From: Phoronis australis
Taxonomy: Eukaryota > Animalia > Phoronida
Length of the DNA: 64,000 nt
Reading direction: 5' to 3'
Assembly: GCA_002633005.1 (NCBI GenBank)
Contig: NMRA01000131.1
Location: 835,139-899,138, forward strand
Part shown: in pieces, positions 25,264-38,799 of the stretch
Numbering within the stretch: the first letter of the stretch is position 1
Layout: each line of letters begins with the position of its first letter
The notes under the pieces: generated by a model
Seen by the model: only the letters and a program-made list of their open reading frames with translations
What the model was told of the DNA's origin: nothing
The model's database searches: none
Position numbers and translations under genes: made by a program

Positions 25264-26139
25264 CTGAAAATTAGCCAAGTTTAAAAGAACACTTTAATCA
25301 CGTACCAAGGCTGATGTTTCAGTTTCATATATTACAACTGTACCGGTTTTTCAAAGGCCTAGTGATACCAATCTGACTTGTGTTACTTGCCAGTGTCAAT
25401 ACTTTGTTCGATGTCACAATGCAAACACCAATTATTTACCACGTCAACCCTCGCGATCAAAGAGCGGATGACGACACCGGTACAAAATGATCTGATAATT
25501 TTCTTGAATTGGCCAAGGAACTCAAAAGATTGTCAATTTTCCAAAAGTTATAAGGGATTTTGGCGATGCAATACAGTTGCAAATGCAAAAAAAGCCAATA
25601 GGATGAACAACAGTAGTTAGGCACATCTGAAAATCCATGTCAATTCTGCACTTTTCACTAGCAATACATCTACCAACTTTTTCATGATCTTTTGGCGGAT
25701 ACCGAGGCAAATGACAAAAACAGAATAAAAAATAATAAAAATGGCATCTAAGTGGCGCAGAATAAGTCAAACCATTCCTAAAGGAAAAGATGCTCTTGTC
25801 TTTATTATTTGCAAAATTTCAAGAAAAAAACATTTCGCAATTATGAAGACACAGAGGCAAACATAAACTCTATAATTATCACAGTAGTAGTTAGAATGGT
25901 CCAAAAGTAATATTATCGTTATTGAAATATATACACATGGCCATAGGCCCAAAGTTCAACATATACAATAACAGTACTTTGGCAGTTGCACTATAGACTG
26001 CGTAGTAAATTATGACACTGGAGAGCATGGTGGACGAATTTTAGAAGCGGGATATCCAGAGTTCTAATCTCACAAAGGCTTCCGCTAAGATAGATCCACA
26101 GCCAAAAATATCCAAATCACCACTAGAGGGCACCTCGGT

Positions 26140-27032
26140 TGAATTGTAGATATTTCCCGCAATCAACATCTTCTTTGCACACGGGAAAATCGCGAATCGA
26201 AGACTAATAAAAAACTTGGCCAGTGTTAATTTAAAAGCACGTGGCCAAGAAGTGCGCGCTACATACATGTACCTGTCATCAAAGACATTAGTCGGAAACT
26301 ATCCATTCATGAAACGGGTAGCATTGCATCGGCAAGAAATGATTATTGACACTATTTTCTGACAGTTTCTAATACTATAGAAAACGTTTGCCTTAGTTTT
26401 AAGGGGGAATGATTGATTAATCACAACTGGTGTTTTAAAGCCAAATATCCGCTAAAATGACCACTGACAGTGAATGCTTATACACCCTTACACCGAAAAA
26501 TAACTGTCAGATAGTCACGTACACATCCAAGCTACACGCGACAAATGTCGAAAGTGTTTAGCACATGAGACCGGCAAGTGCTGAATGAAACATGTTCTGT
26601 TTTAGGCTCACTGTTTGTGCTAATTTCTTTAGATACGATGCACATCTAGCTCGTTGGATTGCGTTCTGACAAATAAACTCTGGTGACACGCACGCGGTAG
26701 CTTACTCACACACGCAGACGAACATCAAAACAAACGTCACGTGACAACAATATGTGTGTTAGTCCAGAGATATTTCTCGTGTTGCCGATCATAGCTGCCA
26801 GGATGTAGCAGATTTGTAACCTGCCGTTAATCGCATTCCGACTTAAAAATCTTAGGGATGCTATTTGGAAAACTAAAGGAGGATTTCAGGTAATTTGCTT
26901 GAGTCGAAACTGTATTTTTATTCAAGCATTCAAGTCGCCATATGGACGATTACGAGGCAGTCAGTCGGCGAATTTCCATCCTGGGATTTCAGCACAATTT
27001 TCTGTAAAATGATCGTAATTTAACAGCAAAGT
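26140..27032 (-). mobile_element. Internal fragment of the Tc2/pogo-HIRAN element (copy D)
   Basis: Colinear with 54700-55600 and the reverse complement of ~36080-36950. Confidence 0.8.
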
Positions 27033-28129
27033 GGGAACTTACGCGCGTGTACCACAACGTCGCACATCAAAGGAGTCCAGCAACAGTCCTAAGTAAGAGT
27101 TATACCAGCGTGACTGTGTAATTTTGTACTGTTGTTATAAAAGACAGTGCTTTACGATATTCCTCTGTTCCAATGTTCCCCAGAACTATCTGCTCCGGTA
27201 TTTCCTGGCTCAACACATTGCCCTAGGCACGAAGTCTCATGCCAGTAGTCGCGTGAACCTCCTCCCCACTATAGCCAATTTTCAGTCAGTCTACGTGGTA
27301 GACATTTCAGATTCGAATGGTAAGAATTATGTTCAGGCTCAAACTGGCCAATGTAGGAACAAAATTATTCGGGATGGCAAAAAAGGGTAGGTAGCGACGA
27401 TAATTCACACAGTCACGCCTGGGTGAGGGTTGTCGCAAGAAATTTTATTATAAAGAACTGCCAGCGACATTGGTGAAATCTGCTAACGCCAGTTTGACAG
27501 ATGCAATGAGCTAAAAACAAAATTTGACTAGCAGTGTTTTATTACTTCAACATGATACACAGACATCCAGTAACATATTGTCAACCTTTGAATTCAGAAC
27601 TCAAGAGACAGCAACTCATTAACCCAGTGAGGCACACCTTCCCTTCGATCGCCACACATACTCTATAACTCGTCAAATACATTCATCAAAATAGGGAGAA
27701 TTTGACATCTTTCCGTGAGTTATGGGAATTCTTCAAAATGTGAGAGCTTCCCACCTATAGCGAATTGGAAGGGTTGGCAAAACCAATGTCACATTTCTCT
27801 GCCCTGGTTTTTTTCTAATATACGTTTTTTCAAGTGCAGTACAGATGGAAACTCAATGCGGCAGACAACATCGCTGAAAGCGGAGGTATTGAAGCCGGCG
27901 GGGTTCTTAAAATTTTCGAATGTGAAGAAATAAACTTGACAAAACGTTCAAGTGCTATATTTTGAAGTCCATGACCCGGGGAAATAATTCGTTACTTATA
28001 TTATAATTAACATTGCCAAACCGCCGTCTCAGAGGTCGTCGTTGCACTCTTTGAGATCATGGATCTTTACCTAAAAGTCGGGGAATCACGTGTTTCTTTA
28101 GCACGTTAAGTCTTCAATCTTTAAAAGTC

Positions 28130-28271
28130 GGGGATGTGCGCTTAACCGAGAAGTGGGCGCTTAACTGGCAATCTTCAAAAATTGAAGAGGGGTGCTTAAC
28201 CGACCAGTGGGCGCTTAAATAGGGGATGGGTTATTAAGTGAACATGGGCGTTAACCCGAACATTTACGGTA
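28130..28271. mobile_element. Right end of another Tc2-type element
   Basis: Subterminal gggcgcttaa repeats ending ...CATTTACGG|TA. Partner end not identified. Confidence 0.45.
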
Positions 28272-29031
28272 AATCCTGCTAATACTGAAACTTGTAAACA
28301 AACGCTTGTGTAGCTATTTAGAAAACATGGGAACTGTATTACTCTTCACTGACATATAATATCTGATAGTCAGGTGCATGCGTATGATTAGTATGCTCTC
28401 AAGTACATTTTGTGTTAGTATGTGTGATTTTTGAGGTTCTTGCGCACGATTTCTTTGTATGCTTGATTTTTTGGTTCGAATGCATGTACATATGATTTAT
28501 AGGTTCTATAGGTTTGTAGGTGGTTCGTGTGCAAGTTGCAATAGCCGTGCGTATAATTCTAAGGTATCCCTGAAGGGGTTATTTTGCTATGAATGTACCT
28601 AAAAATGAAATTTTGACTTGAAAAAGGCGTTAACATAATAATAGCACATAAAGAGAAAGCATATTTTTATTACCTCTGATATTTTTCTCTTTTACTAATT
28701 GATATAGCCTGATTTTTTGATATATGACTTAGAATGAAGGTCAGTAAATAAGTTTGAGATAACCTTAACTGGTTATGTCACTGTTCTTGTTTTCAAAGAA
28801 TGTCTGACAGAAAACGTTGACAATTAGCAATTTGTTATAAAATCAGTTTTTAGCTTCAATAACTTCAGTCTAATGTCCCTTTAATAATGCTTGAAAATTT
28901 ACTAGCTCACTATTGACTGAGCAGTCACAAATTCCAATAATATTACAAGAGGTTTCAGGCAATCAAAAAACATAGAATGCATGAAACATGAAGTCCGAGA
29001 AATAAACGTAATATAGCAAATAAAAAATTAC

Positions 29032-29100
29032 CTTGTAGACATCGAGGTTTTCAAGAATCGCATCAAAAGTGGTGTATAGATCATTCAATAAGTCGATGAC
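29032..29100 (-). CDS. Guanylyl cyclase exon (69 bp)
   Basis: ttttcag|GTC...AAG|gtaatt. Translates VIDLLNDLYTTFDAILENLDVYK. Confidence 0.95.
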
Positions 29101-30854
29101 CTGAAAATAAGCATAAGTCCTTGAACCGAATAGTCACTCAAGGGAAGGACTCTTTCTTGACAAGATCACTTTAAATGACTAATAGTTTCTTATTTTCACC
29201 ATGACAAGAATCCTACGTTGGCAGCCAAACTTCCAGTCGAGATTGGGCAACTCCACTGGTTTGCCTACCTCAGGAATTGCCAGTTCATATCAAAGACCTC
29301 GTACTGTTATGGTTAATTAAATTGCCTCAAGCTGCTGATGTTATGGTTCTTAGATAATGAGACCCACCATAAACACACTGGGGGCGACGAATTTTTTTAA
29401 TCGTTCGTGAAAAGTAGAAGTTTGTTTTTAAATTTTTAAAATCGGACAAGAAATGTGAATTTTAACTGTTAATTTTAACCGAATGTTCCCCAGAACTCAC
29501 GTAGTCAGCCAGTATTCTGTGCCTCATTAATTCTGTGGGGTGTGCAACATTACGGGTCAATTGACCTATCGCCAGGATTATGACTGATGGCTTAACAGAC
29601 CAATCAGAACACAGCATTCGTGGCCCACATTCGTCTGCGTTTCCAAGCCGCCATTTTACCCGACAAACAAAGTCGTTGTCGGTAAAGCTTATTTTAATCT
29701 ATAGCTCAAAAACTGTGCGATAAGAATGGTGAAGCGGTGTGAATATGGCGTGTGTAGTGTCCTACAGAAATAGAAAAATGACTTTCAAACGCTGCTCCAA
29801 AATCATTCAAGCGATAAGATTTGATGGAATTTTTTATCAAAATTTTATGGACAAACGAAATAATTCAGAAAACTCGTGTAGCAATGAAGGCAACAACAAC
29901 ATTTCTGTCTCAAATAATGATTAAAATTTGAAGCCATTGTTCTAAAAAGCCCTCGACCCCACAGCCCACAACCCCCTTGACCCTTAACTCACAACCTTCT
30001 TGATCCAATGGGCTCGACTTGATCTGAATGTAGAACAAGCACCTACTTGCAGGACTGGAGTAGGGCCGCGAGCTTGGCTGGCTTTCCTATTTCCAAGTTT
30101 GAATGCCAAAAACAGAAAAAACGAAGCGACCAAATCAAATCAAAAACCTACCAACATTACAAATGTAGTTCCCGGCAAAGTGTAGTCATCTCGTCTGCTC
30201 TTCAGTGAATGGCAGATTCAAGCTTTTTTGGGGGAGTGCAAGAAGTTACCAATATGTAATTTCTTCAATTCATACTTTTAAAAAACTATTAACTAGAAAG
30301 TATCTCAACGTTTCATGACGTATATTGTAAACAATATAATATTTAAACAAGTATACAACAGAAAGCAAATAATAAAAATGTGAAAATACATCAATTCCCG
30401 GTAATGTGCTCACTCCCTAAGTTTAGTAGAACAGAGCCATAGTGGTATCAGCTTGTGCAACTATTTCCGTTGCAATAACCGCGCGCTCACAATTCATTAT
30501 ATCAGGTCATGTTCTTACGCTACTTTCTGTTTTTAAACACCAGCTTTGAGCCAGAGCAGATTCACGTGTAGGTAAGTACTGTGGGAAAGTCATTCAGAGA
30601 CGTTATGAAATGTTCAAAAAGTGCAAAGATAATCTAATGGCATACGAGACATTAAAATTTGATATTATTAAATTAACTGAGTAGTTCAAAAATATTTCTG
30701 AGAGCAGTGTTATGCCCTCCTGTTGCTACAGAGCAATTATTGTCCCTATACCAAAACACTCTGGTGACCCTTGAGAACCATTACACCACACAGGAATTAG
30801 TCTGATATCAAATCAGTTCTGAGTTGAACAACAGGATAATTCATTTAGTGACAC

Positions 30855-30992
30855 AAATAATGTTATTGTGGAAGAGCAAATATTGTTATTGTGGATGAGC
30901 AAATAATGTTATTGTCGATGAGCAAATAATGTTATTGTGGATGAGCAAATAACGTTATTGTGGATAAGCAAATAATGTTATTGTGGATGAGC
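30855..30992. repeat. 23-bp minisatellite x6 inside the RT pseudogene
   Basis: aaataatgttattgtggatgagc at 30855, 30878, 30901, 30924, 30947 and 30970. Confidence 0.95.
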
Positions 30993-31434
30993 AAAATGGT
31001 TTTAAGAGTCAGTGCTATTGTCTTGATCATTTGTATGTTATACCAACTGTAATCAGGTCTAGATAGGCTCCTAGTATTTCTACTTTTACGGCATTCACCA
31101 ATATGACAAAAACCTTTGACTGGATAAGTCACAAAGTCACGTTTCGTAAGTTGATAAAAATGGTATCCCAAGACAAATATATGCAGCTATTACAAGAGCA
31201 ACGCGGAGCCTTGAAATGCGTCCAAGAATGCAACAAAAACGGTGTGCTTCGAGGGGTGTTCATTTGTATCATAAAAATGCCCACTAGATGGCGCAAAATA
31301 CGCCGAATACATCCAAAAATGGGAACATGCCATCGTTTCTTTAATAAAAAGCTATTTACTAAATTTCATAAAAATCTGTCAAAGAACTTCAGGAAAACAC
31401 ATGAAAATAGAAAAAAATGAAAATAGTGGGCACA

Positions 31435-31790
31435 GCCTTTGTCCACCCTCAGGCTAACTGTGGGGTAACTACTATGGCAATGACACGTATTACACGCTAG
31501 CGTGGCAAAGTGTTACAATTTATACACTACCGTGGCAAAAGCGCCACGTTTGACAAGCTAAGCGTGTCAAACGAGGAGTAATGGAACAAAAATTACATGT
31601 TTTTGCCATGTTTTTGCCACATTTTGCACGTCATGTTTTACACATTTTGGCACATTCTACACACCACATTTTCACTCGTTTGACACACCACGTTTGACAC
31701 ACCAAGTTTTACACACCACGTTTTACACACCACGTATTACACGCCATGTTCTAAATATTTGACACGGTAAAGTTTACACTTATGACACGT
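31435..31790 (-). repeat. Second copy of the minisatellite-bearing element, inserted within the RT pseudogene
   Basis: 31435-31610 is the reverse complement of 17270-17540, followed by acacaccacgtttt short repeats. Confidence 0.75.
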
Positions 31791-32520
31791 TGTTCCAATA
31801 CTCCACGTTCTCAGACTGTGTCAAATGTGTAAAATTCTCACCAGGGTTAAATGCGTCCACATATAAATATATATGGCATACAAAAATGATTATGAATTAT
31901 GAAAGCCCAATAACCTGTAATCGTTTAAACAACACTTTGTACATTGACTGGTTCAATCCTGAGAATGGTGTCCCAGGAGGTGAAAAATTAGTTCCATCTT
32001 TATTTACATTATATATCAATGATCTGGAAGGGGAGATAAATGTCCTGGGCAATGGTGTGGGAGCTGGAGAAATTTCTACTCATGTTTTACTATATGCAGG
32101 ATACATAGTGTTTATGACAGAAATTTTACAGATGTTTTAAAATCTCCTGTAAAATTTCAGCTATTTAAAAAAGTTCTGATTAATTGGCGCTATTAGTGGC
32201 GCATGATGCCCAATACGTCGGAAACGAAAATTGCGCACTTTCGATTGAAATCGAGAGACATTGGTAATTTTAAATTGTAATTAGAAACAGAATCTGTTAA
32301 ATATCAATCAACCTATAAGTACTAAAGCACAATTTTGGATAAACACCTATATTTTAATAGCTTCGCCGATGTTCTTGCTGATGTAACTGGTAGACCATCA
32401 GGAAAACTGATTAAATCATTTAAAACAAATACTAACTTAGGATATACCACTTTTACATCAATTTTAATTAACCTATCGCAAGTTCCGCCCCCTTGCAAAA
32501 AATCACATAACACCCATTAA

Positions 32521-34498
32521 AGGAGAATGTCACCCGATTCAATTAGTCGTTTTTACCGTTTTAATCGGTCTATATCCACATCGCCTCTGATACGGTCGAC
32601 CTCACTTTGCCGAGAGGTGTCGCGTTAACCTGTGAAGATGGTGAGAAAAGACGCAGCGACGTCAGTGGTTCGTATGCAGAGTTAATCCCGCTATATTGCG
32701 GTGCATCGTTCCCGCTTCAGTTCGAACTATGAAGCTGCGAAGAAAGCGGGTTTATCGTTTTTTCGACTTCCTCGAGAGCCCGAAATGCTTAGGAAGTGGC
32801 TCGCTGTGGTGAAGAATGAAAGGTACGCTGTTAATAGCAAGTATGAGGCCGTGAAACATCTCCTTGTCTGTGGCCGGCATTTCGTCGACAGTGATTTCTC
32901 TGAAGAATTCCGGCTTACCAAAGAACTATCCATACGTTCCGTTGTCAGTGCATGTTCACGGCACCTTTCTAGTATTTCTTGATCAGTGTGTTCTGGTTCG
33001 AACTGATAGCCTGTGAAACCTAACGATTCCATCCGTGAAGTCTTCATGGAACGAGCTCTTGACTAAGTCGGGATTGGCGCCGGGCGAGTTGCCATGTATT
33101 CTGCGTTCTGTTTCAAAATGAATTATTCTCATCCTAACCAATGCTTATATAAAACAGAAACAAAGTCTGTCTCATTAGATACAATTGATAATGTCTTTGC
33201 AGTATTCGTGAGTGCAAATGTTGAGAAGCCAGCAATGAATAAACCACTGCGTTACCGGCTTTTGATGGCAATGAATAAAGGTAATATTGACCGCGCACCG
33301 AGACCGTGTGAGCGCATGCTAATTCAGTGTTTGCCACTGGCCAGGATAACAAGCGTTTCGTGTACGTGTTTAGAACTCAAAAAATCACAAATCTTAACAA
33401 CACAGATCTAGGTTCTTTTGTCTGTATTTCACGGAAGAATACTTCGAATTTATCTCCGACCAGACCTCAAACTCCTGCTACGGACCTTGGTAAATTGGCC
33501 TGCCGAACTTTGTAGGCTACGGTGTGTCCAAATATCAGTAAATCCGTAACAGCGAAATAAAACAACACGTTTTTATAAGAACTCTGTGTATTTTTAAGGA
33601 TTTACATCGACGATTGGTGATTTATTAGTGTTAAACCATAAATTCAAGCGATAAGTCGACACCAGTAACCCGTATAGTAAACTGCTGAACAGCCTGCTTG
33701 TGAAACCAATGGCGTCATTGGATAATTTCAACACCTCTGTCTGCCGTCAGGTGTCAGGTAACGCAAAAGAACGTGGCTATCAGTTCGAACCGGAATACAC
33801 TGACAAAAAATACTAAAGAGGCGCCGTGAACATGCACAGGCAACGGAGCGTATAGGCGCAGTGGCAGATCTACGTTTTCAGTATGGGGGGTTAGGATTCC
33901 GAGGCGCATAGCGCTGAGCGGAAGGAAGGTCGGGAGGGGGATCCCCCTCCCGTGTAAGATTTGTTGTGGTTTTTAGTAGCTGATTTCTTTTTTTTTTTCT
34001 AGCGAAATTTTTTCACTTTTTATTTTTGATCCCGTCCCGAGCGTGGGTTTGAGCCCCATGAACCCCCCGCCCGTAGATCCGCCTGTGTATGGATAGTTCT
34101 TTGGTAAGCCGGAATTCGTCAGAGAAATCATTGTCGACGAAATGCTTGCCACAGACATGGAGATGTTTCACGGCCTCAAACTTTCTATTAACAGCATACC
34201 TTTCATTCCTCACTACCGCGAGCCACTTCTTAAGGATTTCGGGCTCTCGAGGAAGTCGAAAAAACGATATACCCGCTTTCTTCGCAGCTTCATAGATCAG
34301 GCAAGAGGGAACGATACACTGCAATATAGCGGCATTCACTTTGCAGACGAACCACTGACGTCGTTGCGTCGTTTCTCACCTTCCTCACAGGTTAACGCGA
34401 CACCTCTCGGCAAGGTGAGTTCGACCGTATAAGAGGCGATGTGAATATAGACCGATTAAGACGGTAAAAAGACTAATTGAATCGGTTGGCATTCTCCT
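32521..34498. mobile_element. Kolobok-derived element with ~490-bp inverted arms, each holding a THAP-domain fragment
   Basis: TTAA|AGGAGAATG...CATTCTCCT|TTAA. Arms 32521-33011 and ~33775-34498. ORF 34013-34339(-) reads CIVPSC...FFRLP...KWL...VCGKHF (THAP C2CH). Confidence 0.88.
33859..34087. mobile_element. ~230-bp hAT-like MITE inserted in the right Kolobok arm
   Basis: TIR CAGTGGCAGATCTACG ... CGTAGATCCGCCTGTG. Absent from the left arm at the equivalent position. Confidence 0.75.
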
Positions 34499-34775
34499 TT
34501 AATGTGTGAGAACTCACCGAGAGACGTGACGATAATGAAAAAGCCACACCAAATGAAGCAATGAAGCAATGATTTTGATGATATGGTTATAACCACTAAT
34601 AACTCATAGTTACGTTTGGGCTTCTGGCCACATGTAGATCTCTCGTTTGGCCAGTCAGCTGTTGTTATGTGTCTTCAGTCAGTTTGGTTGTGAAATGTGA
34701 TCAAGATGAGACTAGCCAAAATTAAGACGTGGCTCTTTTTCCACAGGAAATGAGCAATGACACTTCATCACTCAC

Positions 34776-34899
34776 TTGCATTGGCGTACTCTCGGCAGAC
34801 ATGGCGGTAAAACCACAGATGTCGCTGAAGTAGATGGTGACACTCTGGAAGCTCTCAGCAGTTACTGCTTCGCCCCGGATTAACTGCCCTGCCACTGAT
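34776..34899 (-). CDS. Receptor-type (NPR-like) guanylyl cyclase, first catalytic-domain exon (124 bp)
   Basis: Minus strand tttttcag|A...CAA|gtgagt. Translates [41 protein letters not shown]. Confidence 0.95.
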
Positions 34900-35130
34900 C
34901 TGAAAAACAGTTAAAATGTTACGCCACTTAAATAGGTACGGAATGCGAAAGCTCGTCAAAAATATCTTTGAAAGTGAAACTTGCAGGCTAATTCCTTATC
35001 ACTGTGTTCACTTGGCCACTTTATTTAGAAACACAACATATAGAAACAATGTAAATCTGAAGCACATTGAAAATTGCCACCAAACGTTTTTCAGAACAAG
35101 TTTTGTGGCAAATATGACATGCAGCAAATT

Positions 35131-35354
35131 ACCCAACTGTGTCTAGTAGGTATTATGACATGGTGCAGGGGGAACACCCAATTGTGTCTAGTAAGTATTG
35201 TGACATGGTGCAGGAGGAACACCCAACTGTGTCTAGTAAGTATTGTGACATGGTGCAGGGGAACACCCAATTGTGTCTAGTAAGTATTGTGACATGGTGC
35301 AGGAGGAACACCCAACTGTGTCTAGTAAGTATTGTGACATGGTGCAGGGGGAAT
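35131..35354. repeat. 45-bp minisatellite x5
   Basis: acccaactgtgtctagtaagtattgtgacatggtgcaggaggaac repeated. Confidence 0.95.
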
Positions 35355-35879
35355 GATACAGCATGATGCTACTACACCAACCTGCGAGGTACGTAAATAA
35401 TGCAAAGGTCACCTATTTGCAGAATCTTTAGAATCTCATTTAAAAGTTGTCAGTGAATACAACTACACTTTGTTTACTGTAGATGTTAAAAGGGCATTGT
35501 TGTTTAGTTTCTGCTATACATCAATATAGTTAGGAGCATGCAAATACATATTAAAACAATTCCTAACGAAAGTACCATCTCCCAATGTATACTGTAGACT
35601 TTACATTTGGCTTTGTCAGGGAATTTCCAGGAAAAAATACAAAATTTAGGTTTTTTGAAATACGCACCAAGGAAAATCTTTGTAGTCACCACGGAGTTTA
35701 TAATCTCCCCCCACTGATGATAAATGCGCGCATGGGCTCACAGTCGAGATTGATAATTTAATTAATCAGCAGATTATCATTTGCGATTGCACTCCGAATC
35801 TGAGGTCAACAGCACAGTATGAAGCAAGCGATTTCCCAGAAAGAATTCAAAGTGCATTTGAGAATATATCTGAATACTA

Positions 35880-37302
35880 CATATTCGCCCTAATAAGCGC
35901 CCAGGGCGCGTAGAAAAATTCGTTTCTGGAGAGGGGCGCTTATTACAGCTTAACGTGGTTGAAACCCGGTCTCCGAAACGGATAAAAATCTTAAGCTAGA
36001 ATTCCTCAAATTTACGCTCTGTGACATATCTGTAAGCTATGACAGACTTTTTACAAAATTGTGGTGCATTGCTATCAGACTTTGTTGTTAAATTACGATC
36101 ATTTTTCAAAAAATTGCGCTGAAATCCCAGGGCGAAAACTCATCGACTGATTCCTCGTAATCGTCGATAGGGCAACTTGAATTCTTGAATGTGAATACAG
36201 TTTCGACTCAACAAATTACCTGATGTCCTCTTTAAGTTTTCCAGATGGCGTCCCTAAGATATTTAAGTTCCTGTGGAGTCGGTATGAACTGCATATAAGT
36301 CCAAACCTTTGCTAGATCATATCCCGCAACATCAGAAAAATCTCTGGACGAAAACACACGTTGTTGTCACGTGACGTTTGTTTTGAAGTTCATCGGCGTA
36401 TGTCAGTGAGCAAGGGCGTGCGTGGCATCACTGTTCATTTGCCAGAGTAAAGGCAATGTAACGATCTAGGTGTGCATTGTAACTAGAGAAATTAACACAA
36501 GCAGTAAAGCAGAACGTGTTTTATTCAGCATTTGTTGATCTCATCTGCGAAAATTGTTCGACAATTTTCTCGGTGAGTCGCCGGATGACTCGATGCGTGA
36601 CTGTCTAACAGTTATTTTCCGGGAGATTCTGGGAGTGCAAGGGTGCTGACGTGCTGACTATCAGTGGGTTATTTTGATTTTAAAAACGCCAACTATAATT
36701 AATTAAATAACTCCTCTTAAAAATAACGTGAATATTTTACGGTATTAGAAACTTTCGGAAATTAGCACATTTATTTCATGCCGATCCTATGCAACCCGGG
36801 TCATGAATGGATGGTTCCCGATGACTTATGTCTTCCATGACAGCTATGTAGCACACGCTTCCTCGCCATGTGCTTTTAACATTGGTTAAGTTTCTATTAG
36901 ACTTTGGTTCGCGGTTTCCTCGTGTACAAGTGATTTGGATTCCTGTTGTGCGAGAAAATAATATCTCTTTGACATGTACGCTGCATCTGTTCTGAAAACC
37001 CAGAAAATAATGTGACACCTTCCTCGCAACATCAGCAAAACTTAGCGTACTGTTAATTTTGAAGTGTATATTCACGGCTAAATATCGACAAAGTGGCGAG
37101 GCTCGTGGTCTACAAATTCTGCGCCCAATGATTTCTTTCAGGACTGACAAATCTTATTGATAAATAGAAGAGGTTACTGTAGAATTTTAGAATTGTAGGC
37201 GAGGCATTTTTCGTTCATGGGCTGGGCGCTTATTTTAGCGAAATCTGAAAACGCGTGGGGGGGTGCTTATAGGGGCATGGGTGCTTATTAGGGCGAAAAC
37301 GG
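35880..37302 (+). mobile_element. Tc2/pogo-type non-autonomous element, full-length ~1.4-kb copy B, with HIRAN-like pseudogene (~36890-37185)
   Basis: TIRs (C)ATATTCGCCCTAATAAGCGCCC / GGGTGCTTATTAGGGCGAAAACGG|TA, with subterminal gggcgcttat repeats. Internal VRGFLVYK..IWIPV..FDMYAASVLK..HLPRNISK..ARGLQI with frameshifts. Confidence 0.85.
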
Positions 37303-38799
37303 TATTTAATAATTTTAAACACTTAAGACTTATTTCAATTCCTAATTGTTAATTGTACAAGCTCCTGCTTGAAGACCCCACCGTTTTGTTTACATCAAAG
37401 GTTAAAGTTCGCATTTTCCATATAAGGGAATGTGGTACGTCTATGTCTTGTCATACAAACTAAGGCGACGAGCTTTGCCTTGTGGGGGAATTAACAACAA
37501 AGTGACGAGCAGTTCACAGATATATTTTACGAAACTAAAAGAAATTCTCTTTTAGTTTTGACATCAAGAGAAATCCAATTTTTTTACAAACGAATCGTAA
37601 AAATACCTAGTGAACAGGTTCAATTCTGTTTCAGTGGTAGAGAATCACTTTAAATTGTGCAATTTAGTTGTTTTTTCACGTTCCAGGCCTCTGTAACATA
37701 TTCAAATAAACGAAAAAATGCATCACATTGTGTCTTTAGTTTCCCTCGGGTGAAAAGAAATGAAAATCCTTCAGAGTTCACTTACATGAACATGTACAAA
37801 GACCAGCTATGCTGCTTTTTTACTCTCATTGTTGCTGCATTTTTGTCCAGTCACTGTTTTGCGTCTCACTATTTATATTGTAAAACCCCCAAACTGTTAT
37901 CATGTTCCTTTTCGAAAGGGTGAACACATCATAGCGACCAAGTGGTAACGCTGACGAATTACCCCCATAACTTCAACATGACCACCGACTGGTCGTTTGA
38001 CCAATGATAGATTGACGGCCAAAATACATCAGCTTCGAGACAGCCGGGTCGAAATTCCGCGTGCTCCTAGTTCTAAGCCACAGTGACATGCCATATGCAG
38101 GGTGTTCCATTGAAATTGGAATCTCGGTGTATAAGAGATATCCCCGTACCTTCAACGCAGCTTAACCAGCCAAACAACACAAACCTCGACCTTTAAAATA
38201 CGAACTACGACCTTTAAAACCGGAACACCCGCATTGGGCAGGAAACCCGGACAATTTTTCAATTTTTCTGAGACGATGCCAGTGGCCTCACACTTCATTA
38301 ATTTCAACTTGTTTTCTGCAAACGTTTGTTAAAACTTGTCGATAATAAAACGTAACGTAGATTACATTGACTTCGTTTTTTGACTTTTTTAGGTAATTTG
38401 TCCATGTGCGAATTTCAAAATAATCTTAGTACTCTCAGCACGCTGTTATTTCGGTGAACAATTAGTTAATTTCAGAATATTCAATTTATTAAGTTTCTCT
38501 ATAAATATTTTCAAAGATGAGAAACATAAATATTATTTCCGCTTCCGAGTGCGATAAATTTCTTTAAATATCTTTACAAATGGCCGCATTTTAGGATTCT
38601 TTGATTTACTAGTACATTATTTCCGGCACAAATAATTTACGGATTTTGAAATCCATAGCGAGAATTACTCACTCAAAAGACACCAATTTCACTGTTCTCG
38701 ACCTCAAAAAGTGTACTTCAACTCCTCGTCGATCATTGAAATGGAATTTGTAATCAGAATTTCTAAACGCAATGCATTCACTTTTAGGCAAATCACCAC

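Larger units (their letters stand above)
30690..32460 (+). pseudogene. Degenerate non-LTR retrotransposon reverse transcriptase (CR1/L2-group-like), interrupted by insertions
   Basis: Fragments IIVPIPK..DP..P...GISL, VEEQNGF, AFTNMTKTFD and GVPGGEKLVPSLFTLYINDL...VLLYAGYIV (degenerate YADD), with stops and frameshifts. Confidence 0.8.

Noticed and set aside
35131-35354. Regularly spaced 45-bp repeats (also 23-bp and 69-bp arrays) as a possible CRISPR
   Set aside because: No unique spacers and a eukaryotic context; these are simple minisatellites.
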